Positions 27,959 through 35,630 of a DNA stretch of 64,000 bases are shown one piece after another; within the stretch, counting starts at the first letter, position 1; every line of letters starts with the position of its first letter. This stretch comes from a virus: positions 64,001 through 128,000 of the IMG/VR virus record IMGVR_UViG_3300035670_000022; one strand, written 5' to 3'. The position numbers and the translations under genes were made by a program. Below the pieces are notes generated by a model that had not been told where the DNA came from, did not search any database, and saw nothing but the letters and a program-made list of their open reading frames with translations.

Positions 27959-28537
27959 CTACATTAGTAGCTTCTTAGCTATAGCCCACTTCTGGGCAGA
28001 TACCTGCCCTTCGAATGAGCGCAGTAGGAGCGCCCAATCGTGTTTTACCCGCTTTTCCCACATGTTAGGTGGGAGGTGGTGCCCCTCCTCCGCAAAGGAG
28101 AGGTCTATCAGTCGTGCCCCTTCGGGCCAGACCAATATGTTGTTCGCATGGCTATCGCCATGCGTCCAACCGTGGGCATGTAGCCCACTTAGGGCTGCAC
28201 AGGCGTGCAGTAAGAGCACGCCAAAGGTATACGGGGAGGTTCCCGTAGAGGTAGCAACCTCTAGCAAGGTGCGCCCCCGCACCTTCTCGAGCACCAGCCG
28301 TGTGCGGCTGGAGTCTGGGTGCATCTTTGGGATGATGCTTCCCTGAAGAGGGTGGAGTACTCCATATATGAGATACTCCTCTTGGAGTTCATCCTCTGCC
28401 CAGCTATCCCCGGGCTTAGCGTTTTTAACCACCCATCCCCGGGTGGTAGATTCGGTCACGAGACCGAATCGCCCCGACCCAATGAGGGGGGTAGTAGCGG
28501 TAGTAGCGGTAGTAGCGGTAGTAGCGGTAGTAGTCAT
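27959..28537 (-). CDS. Minimal Ser/Thr protein kinase (RIO/Bud32-like)
   Basis: IGSGRFGLV loop, VVK, HGDSHANN catalytic loop, IDLSFA; probable start MTTTATT. Confidence 0.85.
   Translation of the reverse strand: MTTTATTATTATTATTPLIGSGRFGLVTESTTRGWVVKNAKPGDSWAEDELQEEYLIYGVLHPLQGSIIPKMHPDSSRTRLVLEKVRGRTLLEVATSTGTSPYTFGVLLLHACAALSGLHAHGWTHGDSHANNILVWPEGARLIDLSFAEEGHHLPPNMWEKRVKHDWALLLRSFEGQVSAQKWAIAKKLLM
28490..28533. repeat. 9-bp tandem repeat GGTAGTAGC (encodes TTA repeats in the kinase N-terminus)
   Basis: About 5 copies visible. Confidence 0.9.
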
Positions 28538-28616
28538 TTGATATGCACTGTCACAGGGCATGGATTAGCTCGGCTGTGATGGCATAAAAAAGGCCCCCTA
28601 GAAGGGGGCTATATTT

Positions 28617-29018
28617 TTATTCAGAATAGGGTTTGATACTTGGCTTACTCTGTTCTTCGTAATAGAGCTCAGCCATTGCCTCGGCGAGGCGCTTGTTATA
28701 TGCGTCCTCGAGCCAAGTAGACATCTCTACGTAGAGGTAGTAGATGTCAGAATCCTTCCGGATTCTGTCTTCAGAAGGAAAGGTTCCTTCAATGTAGCGA
28801 TGAGCGAAATACGCCATAGCTTCTTTGGTCCGAAGCGTGTTATAGTCGTCGGCGTTTAAGTCCACAAGGGACTTCTTGCCCCAGACTATATAGGCGAGGC
28901 CATGGTCACCGCCATCATGGCGGTCATATCCGGTGCCTTTGTTGGCACCTATTTGTTGGGAGAAGTGTCCCAACATTTCGGACCAAACTAAACGGGCGAT
29001 GGATTTGAAGTTAAACAT
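28617..29018 (-). CDS. Hypothetical protein, first gene of the leftward cluster
   Basis: ORF with probable start MFNFKS; hairpin cassette upstream. Confidence 0.7.
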   Translation of the reverse strand: MFNFKSIARLVWSEMLGHFSQQIGANKGTGYDRHDGGDHGLAYIVWGKKSLVDLNADDYNTLRTKEAMAYFAHRYIEGTFPSEDRIRKDSDIYYLYVEMSTWLEDAYNKRLAEAMAELYYEEQSKPSIKPYSE

Positions 29019-29224
29019 TAGGAACTCCGGGGTGTGAAAGGTAATTAGCCCCATAAAAGGGGGCCCCTACACTGATTAGGTGTAGGGGCCAAAGAGAAGA
29101 TGAAGTCTTGCGGATTTATTGCAAAAACGGGTTCTGCATATGGGCAAGACTGTTATATGACCCTCTTAAAAATCGCGGCATATTTTCATTTCCTATACGC
29201 CCATTAGTACAAAATGTAGTAATT

Positions 29225-29347
29225 GACCAACCAATCGACCAGTGACCAACCAATCGACCAGTGACCAACCAACCAATCGACCAGTGACCAACCAACCAAC
29301 CAACCAATCGACCAACCAATCGACCAACCAATCGACCAGTAACCAAC
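29225..29347. repeat. Modular microsatellite-like array (GACC/AACC/AATC/AGT units)
   Basis: Repeated GACCAACCAATC and GACCAGT units at the divergence point. Confidence 0.9.
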
Positions 29348-29459
29348 TTAGCCAATTAACCAATACGTATACAGTCAAACAAAAAGCTCTTTCTAGGCGC
29401 CTAGAAAGAGCAGTAATCACCAAGCTATAATGACCGTGTAATTTATTCACCTTTGAAGT

Positions 29460-30251
29460 ATGACACAGTTGACTGTCCCGCAAACTTCTTTGTCTTATGA
29501 AGAGTTAAACGCTTTACTCCGCTTAGAGTTGAAAAAATCAGACAGTGGCTATCTATGTACGGTTAGGGGTCTAGCTCGATTATTAGGGCTTAGTGTTTCT
29601 ACTATCGTAGATTCTAGGAAACAGCAGAATGGTATACCAAGGGGTGTGCTCCGCCGTTTGTTTGAGTGTTCGCCTAGCATTTTGCCAGAATCGCTACAAC
29701 CTATATCAGGCTTTGATTACAGGAGTTCTGCGTTGTTAGGTAAGGCGAACACTCACACATATCTGTTACCTGAAGTTGTTGTTTCAGGTGTAATCAAGTT
29801 TTATGCGTATGATGCGCGTAAGCCAATTCAGCGAGCTAAGCAACTTGATTATATGCTGAGCGCTATAGGTATAAGAGCGTTGTTTGATAGAGTTATGTCT
29901 TCTGAGTCGTCTTCTTTTGCTGTAGCGGCATTAGAGGTGACTTCTCCTGCTACTGAGGATACGCCGTGTGACAAGTTACTTTATCTCATACAGAAGCTAG
30001 AGTCTTTAAGATTTAGGCGAGAAGAGATTGTTTCCATATTTCGTACGAATGGAGTCGTTCAGCAGGAGTCTGGAGGTAATAGTTCCTATCGTGGTGTAGT
30101 GCCACATAAGAAGAAGTGGCGGGCGCAAATTAATGTTAATGGTGCTACTAGAGTCATTGGTGGCTATGATACCGAAGAAGAGGCAGCTAGGGCATATGAT
30201 GCATATGCTAAGGTTTTGTACGGTTCTGCTGCAAAGTTGAATTTTTGTTGA
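29460..30251 (+). CDS. DNA-binding protein with C-terminal AP2 domain
   Basis: SYRGV...KWRAQI...GYDTEEEAARAYD...AKLNF is an AP2 signature; N-terminal domain paralogous to 24516-25136. Confidence 0.85.
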   Translation: MTQLTVPQTSLSYEELNALLRLELKKSDSGYLCTVRGLARLLGLSVSTIVDSRKQQNGIPRGVLRRLFECSPSILPESLQPISGFDYRSSALLGKANTHTYLLPEVVVSGVIKFYAYDARKPIQRAKQLDYMLSAIGIRALFDRVMSSESSSFAVAALEVTSPATEDTPCDKLLYLIQKLESLRFRREEIVSIFRTNGVVQQESGGNSSYRGVVPHKKKWRAQINVNGATRVIGGYDTEEEAARAYDAYAKVLYGSAAKLNFC

Positions 30252-30275
30252 TATCTGTTTATTGATTGTTGGTTA

Positions 30276-30310
30276 GACTTTTACACATCTATGTGTAGAA
30301 GTCTTTTTTT
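30276..30310 (+). terminator. Intrinsic terminator after the AP2 gene
   Basis: AGACTTTTACACAT/ATGTGTAGAAGTCT stem followed by a T-run. Confidence 0.7.
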
Positions 30311-30392
30311 CTTTGTTTTGCGGCTGTACTCTTCTCTGTTTTTGTTCTGTGCCGTTGTAAGCTAGGTGTAGTATTCTTTCTTTTTTCCGACT

Positions 30393-30827
30393 ATGGACGA
30401 ACAGTTATATAAGGGTTTATCGACTGTGCTTTGTTCTTTGCAGGTATATCGGATTAAGTTGTTAGGGTTTCACTGGAATTGTAGGGGGGACTCATTTTAC
30501 GCCACGCATTTGTTAATGGAGAGGGCGTATGAAGCGGTGGATGGATTCATTGACCGTTTAGCGGAGTGTCTTCGTAAGTTTGGAGTAGTTCCTGCGGCGT
30601 TATCTGTGTATGCGTCATGTAGTGTTATCAAGGATGAGTTGAGTGTGCCGTCTATTCCTAGCATGTTAGTTATGGCTTCGGAGGATGGGGCAGTTTTATT
30701 TGAGTTAGCGCAGAGTATTATCAGTGTTGCTTCGCAGTCTAAACAGGAGGGTGTTGTTAACTTATTAGGAGACTTATGTGAGACGTTAGATACAGTGGTA
30801 TATCTATTGAAGAGTGGGACGCTTTAG
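30393..30827 (+). CDS. dps: Dps/ferritin-like protein
   Basis: FHWNxRGxxFxxxH...D.LAE ferroxidase signature. Confidence 0.85.
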   Translation: MDEQLYKGLSTVLCSLQVYRIKLLGFHWNCRGDSFYATHLLMERAYEAVDGFIDRLAECLRKFGVVPAALSVYASCSVIKDELSVPSIPSMLVMASEDGAVLFELAQSIISVASQSKQEGVVNLLGDLCETLDTVVYLLKSGTL

Positions 30828-30830
30828 GTT

Positions 30831-31976
30831 ATGGCGGAGTATGACTTTATAGATCCGAAGCACCCTAAGCTTGAGGATACGATGATCTGGGCGGAGATCT
30901 TGCCGTTTGATGTTATTCCGCAGATTGGTTATCTTAACGCCAAGTTTTATTCGGATCAGCAGTCTGCTGTTTATTACGATAGGAATAATGTTAATAGTTC
31001 TGTGGGGGGTGGGGTGTTGCGCACCCACAACAACTATTACATGACTTTAGCGGATTTACCGCTTAAGCTCCGAGCACGGGAGACGTTGGCGGATATGGAG
31101 ATCTATATAGATACACACACGTATGTTACAGGTACGCCGAGCATAACGAAATTTAGCACTGGTAAGGCTAGTCCTCCAATGGGGAACGGTTCGAGGTTAG
31201 AGCGATCTACATCTGTGCATGTATTTAAGGACATTCCGATACCCAAACCCAGCAATATGATTTGGGATGGCAGATTGCCATTTGCCATTAATACAGGAAG
31301 TATAGGAACGTCTTTAGCGTCTTCTATAGGTTCAGTGATTTTAGGGGGAGTTGGGGGTGCGTTAGGATCTGTTGCTGGGTCTTTATTTTCTGGGAGTATG
31401 GTGGAGGCTATTCGAAAGAAAGCGCGGGATGCGTTGGAGTCACCAAATCAAACGCCGTTTATCATATCTCACATAGGCGGGCTAGGGCATACAACTAAAG
31501 CGCCGGCTTTGAACAGGAATTATGACGAGTATGACAGAATCATGCGGAAGTGGTTAGAAGAGACTTACAACGGCTCTGGGATTCCTGCGTTGCCAGGTTT
31601 AGGGAGTATTTTACCAAGTGCTATTATGCAGATCCCTTTTTTAGACACTGATATTTTGTCTGGCACAGGATTTGTGGAGAAAGTGTTTTCCGGTGTTGCT
31701 GCAATTACGGACGGTCCGTATTTTACGGGGTGGAGTAATTTGAGTGTCTTTAAGGAGCTAGGCGAAGAGGTTCTTGACGGAGGATTAGATGCTATTACAA
31801 ATCCTATTTATGAAGTATTAAAGACAGGGTTAGAGGATTATACGTATAATCTGATTTCAGAGGTAGTGCCTCCTGTTGTTGGCGACCAGATACAGAAAGT
31901 TATTTCTCCTGGTATTGACACGGTGCTCGATTATGCACAAACCGGCACAGACATTATAGAGGGTCTATTTAAATGA
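30831..31976 (+). CDS. Hypothetical, probable baseplate/spike-associated protein
   Basis: Gly/Ser-rich segment; immediately precedes PAAR. Confidence 0.5.
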   Translation: MAEYDFIDPKHPKLEDTMIWAEILPFDVIPQIGYLNAKFYSDQQSAVYYDRNNVNSSVGGGVLRTHNNYYMTLADLPLKLRARETLADMEIYIDTHTYVTGTPSITKFSTGKASPPMGNGSRLERSTSVHVFKDIPIPKPSNMIWDGRLPFAINTGSIGTSLASSIGSVILGGVGGALGSVAGSLFSGSMVEAIRKKARDALESPNQTPFIISHIGGLGHTTKAPALNRNYDEYDRIMRKWLEETYNGSGIPALPGLGSILPSAIMQIPFLDTDILSGTGFVEKVFSGVAAITDGPYFTGWSNLSVFKELGEEVLDGGLDAITNPIYEVLKTGLEDYTYNLISEVVPPVVGDQIQKVISPGIDTVLDYAQTGTDIIEGLFK

Positions 31977-32446
31977 GTTTACCTGTTGCTCAATTACACG
32001 ATCGAATTACTAATTGGAGACATTCAAGTCTTAACGCGTCAGGCTACTCACTTCCCGGATCTTTTGGCAGTGCTATTGCTGGTAGTTTAGGGGGTTTAGG
32101 GGGTGTTGTCAGTGCTGCTTCTGGTTTATTAGGTTCTGTTGCTCCTATTGCTTCTAGTGCTTTAGGGGCAGCCGGTAGTTTATTAGGATCTGGGTCTTCT
32201 AATAAAGACAAGCCGATTACGGGTTTAGGCATTATTATCTCTTGTCAGGCTGCTAACTTTTTGGTTAATGGTCGTCCTGTTGCGACGGTAGGAGATATAG
32301 GAGTTTCTACAGGGCAAGTCTTTTTAGTTACAGGTAGTCATTCTTTCTTTGTTAACGGTAAACCGCTGCATCGGGTTTTGGATGCGAATAGTAGCGGGGG
32401 TATAACTTTAGGACCTGGGGCTGCAAACTTTTTAGTAGGTAATTAG
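31973..32446 (+). CDS. PAAR-like spike tip protein
   Basis: PVAQLHD, NGRPVATVGD, TGSHSFFVNGKPLHRVLD repeats. Confidence 0.75.
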   Translation: MSLPVAQLHDRITNWRHSSLNASGYSLPGSFGSAIAGSLGGLGGVVSAASGLLGSVAPIASSALGAAGSLLGSGSSNKDKPITGLGIIISCQAANFLVNGRPVATVGDIGVSTGQVFLVTGSHSFFVNGKPLHRVLDANSSGGITLGPGAANFLVGN

Positions 32447-32449
32447 GAA

Positions 32450-32905
32450 ATGTCTTTTTTCAAAACTCTGTTCTTTCTATTTCGTATTTTGTCACGCATA
32501 CGTTTCAATGAAACAGCCTGTATAGTTCCTTTATCTGCTGAGATGACTCTAATATTTGACTCGAGTGGTTCTATTCGGTTAGATATGACAGGAGACTTGA
32601 GGGTCAATGCTAATTGCTTTTATTTTAATTGTGAAGATAGGGAGGTAGATTCTTCTAATGGCGAAGAAACAACTACGAATCAGTCAAGAGGTACACTCGC
32701 AACTTTGTCAGGCGGCAGAGAAGAATCAAATGCCGGTCGAGACCTTCTTGGAGTATCTTATCGAGTTCCACGACTTGAAGCATCTGGACAGTTTTATCCG
32801 ACAGATACGCAACAAGCAAGCGAACTACGAGTTATCTCCAGCAATGATGTCGCAACTTACGATTCTCAACACGTTCCTCACCACCAGACTGCGCCTTTAA
32901 GCTAA
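32450..32905 (+). CDS. Hypothetical protein
   Basis: Starts 3 nt after the PAAR stop; C-terminal half overlaps the next ORF. Confidence 0.45.
   Translation: MSFFKTLFFLFRILSRIRFNETACIVPLSAEMTLIFDSSGSIRLDMTGDLRVNANCFYFNCEDREVDSSNGEETTTNQSRGTLATLSGGREESNAGRDLLGVSYRVPRLEASGQFYPTDTQQASELRVISSNDVATYDSQHVPHHQTAPLS
32658..32900 (+). CDS. Ribbon-helix-helix-like small regulator
   Basis: KQLRISQEVHSQL strand-helix pattern; GGAGG upstream. Confidence 0.5.
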   Translation: MAKKQLRISQEVHSQLCQAAEKNQMPVETFLEYLIEFHDLKHLDSFIRQIRNKQANYELSPAMMSQLTILNTFLTTRLRL

Positions 32906-34114
32906 ACTCATTTCGATGGTTAGCTTGTGCTGTGCAGGTTGTTTGTTTCGAGTGAGTTTTACTTGTCCTAATTTATGGCTTGAGTGGATAGACGGGTGTC
33001 TGGAACTTTCTTTAGCGGATATGCAGATCTTGTCTTCGTTTAGTCCCCAAACGTACTCTGTTCCGAATCCTTCTATCTTGTGAGTTATTAGTGGATGGTA
33101 GCAGCAACTTTTTAGCCCTTCGACTATTCCGTCTCGCCCGACGTCTAATACCATCTCTGCGATGTTGCCGTCTTCTATGTGTTTGTAAAAGATAAGCGTA
33201 TCGCTTTTTGTTGTCTCAAGGTCGAAGATATCTTCCTCGTCGATGTGTATATACCCGTCAGCGTTGAGTGCTTCTAAGGCTGTGCTTATTCTACGGTTTT
33301 CCACAGTAGGGAACGTTACTAAATTTGGAAGTAATTCTCTAGCAGCTACCCAGATATCCTCTGTTATCTTCAAATAGATTTCGTGGTTGCTTTGTGCCTG
33401 ATACGTGTAGCTGTTTGGGTCATTGAAAATGTGTTGTGTTTTAGGGTTACTCTGTAACGACTTGGGTAAGATATATACCTCTGGGTTTTTTGTTGTTAAG
33501 GGTAATCTAAGAATCGACTCTTTGTCTCTGATGACCTTTTTGTTGTTGATCTCTTTTGATAGGCTGATCAGGTACTCTGTATACTTTTGCGGGTTCGGTT
33601 TCTTATTGATGATGACTTTTATTAGAACCGGACTCTTCTCTCCGACAAACTGTATATAGATAATGCTGCCATGAGGAGAGTTTTCTAAGAAGGTTACGTC
33701 TTGTTCGTTAAACCCGAAGTAGTGACTTTTCACTCCGTTGATACGAATCGGACGGCAGATGTCTTTGTAAACCTCATGCATATCTACATCTAAGATGCTG
33801 TAATAGGTGTTTGGACGATATCCGAAGTATGCTAGGTCGTACAGCTCTCTATTAAAGTTTTCGATTGATCCGACGGAGCCTATCCCCCGGAGCACGTCAA
33901 AGTCATAATTATAATCAGGGTTAAAAGAACCTGCGGTTATATTCTTGTCTAGAAGCAAGCTGCTAATAGTGTACGGTTTAAGAATAAAGACGGGACCGCC
34001 GAACATACACGTTTCGATAACGTCTCTTTCTCGAATGTATGACGCGACAATTTCTGTGCCTCCCATCTCCTGTAATACAAAATCGCACTTTGTCTGTAGT
34101 TGTGTTGGGATCAT
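32897..34114 (-). CDS. Hypothetical protein
   Basis: 405-aa ORF in the operon downstream of the 3989-aa gene. Confidence 0.7.
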   Translation of the reverse strand: MIPTQLQTKCDFVLQEMGGTEIVASYIRERDVIETCMFGGPVFILKPYTISSLLLDKNITAGSFNPDYNYDFDVLRGIGSVGSIENFNRELYDLAYFGYRPNTYYSILDVDMHEVYKDICRPIRINGVKSHYFGFNEQDVTFLENSPHGSIIYIQFVGEKSPVLIKVIINKKPNPQKYTEYLISLSKEINNKKVIRDKESILRLPLTTKNPEVYILPKSLQSNPKTQHIFNDPNSYTYQAQSNHEIYLKITEDIWVAARELLPNLVTFPTVENRRISTALEALNADGYIHIDEEDIFDLETTKSDTLIFYKHIEDGNIAEMVLDVGRDGIVEGLKSCCYHPLITHKIEGFGTEYVWGLNEDKICISAKESSRHPSIHSSHKLGQVKLTRNKQPAQHKLTIEMSLA

Positions 34115-34219
34115 GGCACACCCTTCTGGTTGAATGAACTTTGTCTTATTGTTAGGGCACTATTGGATCTGTAGGAGACGTAGGTAAAGCACCTCCGCTT
34201 TGAGGAAGAATAGAACCCG

Positions 34220-35092
34220 CTATCGATTTTTTGGTAGAGTAACTGGAGGCGGTAGGGAAGTAGGAGGTGTAGGTGGTTCTTCTTTTTTCCCAACTGGCGG
34301 TGCTGGTAGAGATGGCGTTGTAGTCGGCTCTTCTTTTTTTCCTACTGGAGGTGCAGGAATGTTATCTACTCTATCTTGAACTGTAGTCGGGATATCTGTG
34401 CTTGGCGATTCTCCTCTTTTGGCTCCGTCAGATCTGAATTGAGTGCTGTCTACCGGCGGTTTTTGATGTGGGTACACTGTTGTTAAAACGTCAAGGGTGT
34501 AATAGGCTCTATCTGCTCGTACGGTATAAAATTTAAAGCCAACTACTACCCCTTCATAGGTATAACTTACGTCGGATGTTAAGGTCATTGTGATTGGTCT
34601 TCCCGATTGCACCACTTTTCTATCGAAGAGTTTTGCTTTCATGAACGCGTTGTCTGTATCGTTGTAGGGTGGGTTAGCCATCCCGTCTAGCCTGTATACA
34701 TGATTTAGAGAAGCGCGCTTAGCTAAGACAGCAATATTTTCGCTTCCGATAAATGCACCGACAAACTGGTGCATCGTGCTTTGAACACCAATTGTTTGAA
34801 TAACAGGTGTAGAACCGGGCACCAGGAAGTTTTTATACTTCATGTTTGTCATCGTTACGACCCCAGGCTTAACTTCAGGTACCCCGTTTTGGCCACGATT
34901 TGATGTCGCTTCTATGGCCGGTAAGAGTGCAAAGTTGAAATAGTTATCTTTTTCTGTCTCGTTATCTATATATTTAATGACAAAGACGTTTTCCCTAGAC
35001 TGGTTTAAAGTCTTGTCATCTAGCGGCGTCATCTGCTCCTTATTCAATATGGTCACTACTTGGCTGCGTCCCAAGTCTTCGAATATAGACAT
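34220..35092 (-). CDS. Hypothetical, probable tail/baseplate hub-associated protein
   Basis: Operon context; Pro-rich tail with duplicated PAPPVGKKEEP. Confidence 0.55.
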   Translation of the reverse strand: MSIFEDLGRSQVVTILNKEQMTPLDDKTLNQSRENVFVIKYIDNETEKDNYFNFALLPAIEATSNRGQNGVPEVKPGVVTMTNMKYKNFLVPGSTPVIQTIGVQSTMHQFVGAFIGSENIAVLAKRASLNHVYRLDGMANPPYNDTDNAFMKAKLFDRKVVQSGRPITMTLTSDVSYTYEGVVVGFKFYTVRADRAYYTLDVLTTVYPHQKPPVDSTQFRSDGAKRGESPSTDIPTTVQDRVDNIPAPPVGKKEEPTTTPSLPAPPVGKKEEPPTPPTSLPPPVTLPKNR

Positions 35093-35093
35093 C

Positions 35094-35630
35094 TTAAGCC
35101 TCGATGATTAGCTTGAAAGTTTGTTCAACGTCTTCTTGCACTTCTATAGGAGAGAAGTTCTCGTAATAGAGTGGAATCGCATTTATGTCTGATGGTAGAT
35201 AAGAAGCGTAACAACGACTCTTTATGCTTTCTATATCAACTACCGAGTGAATGATAAACACTCCTAACGAGCGAAATGCCGGTTCTGGTATCTGGTTGTG
35301 AGGCAGTTTTACTTCTAAGTAAAGTTTGCTTATTTGCTCTCGTCTTATATCAAGTATGGTCGGGTCATCCATCAAAAGAATATGTTTGCCGTCAATAACA
35401 ACAGTGTCTTGGGTAGCACTTGACTTTTGAATTGCTGCTTTTCTGATCGGTATAGGAAAATAGATAAATATCTCGTTTAAGTTAAAGGTAAAAAGATCCG
35501 GCGCGGGGGGAACTGCTTCTATGCTCCAGGGGCTGGTCTGTCCTAGTCCTAAGAGTAGCGGAAAGCAAGGGTCCAAAAATCTCTGGAGCCGTCTGTAATT
35601 AATTTCCTTAGGATAGCCTTTGGTTGTCAT
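35094..35630 (-). CDS. Putative baseplate wedge-like protein
   Basis: GLGQTSPW...PP, LYLEV, FRSLGVF pattern typical of phage baseplate proteins. Confidence 0.5.
   Translation of the reverse strand: MTTKGYPKEINYRRLQRFLDPCFPLLLGLGQTSPWSIEAVPPAPDLFTFNLNEIFIYFPIPIRKAAIQKSSATQDTVVIDGKHILLMDDPTILDIRREQISKLYLEVKLPHNQIPEPAFRSLGVFIIHSVVDIESIKSRCYASYLPSDINAIPLYYENFSPIEVQEDVEQTFKLIIEA

Larger units (their letters stand above)
24440..29090 (-). promoter_or_regulatory. Eight GC-rich hairpin + TTTT cassettes (terminators and/or hairpin promoters)
   Basis: Hairpins at 24440-24463, 25611-25636, 25776-25804, 27344-27363, 27595-27620, 27915-27943, 28593-28609 and 29062-29090. Confidence 0.7.

Noticed and set aside
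29225-29347. Possible CRISPR array, or the LVGW/TNQS repeat ORFs (29116-29483)
   Set aside because: Units are 4-12 bp with no unique spacers; the ORFs are by-products of the stop-free repeat
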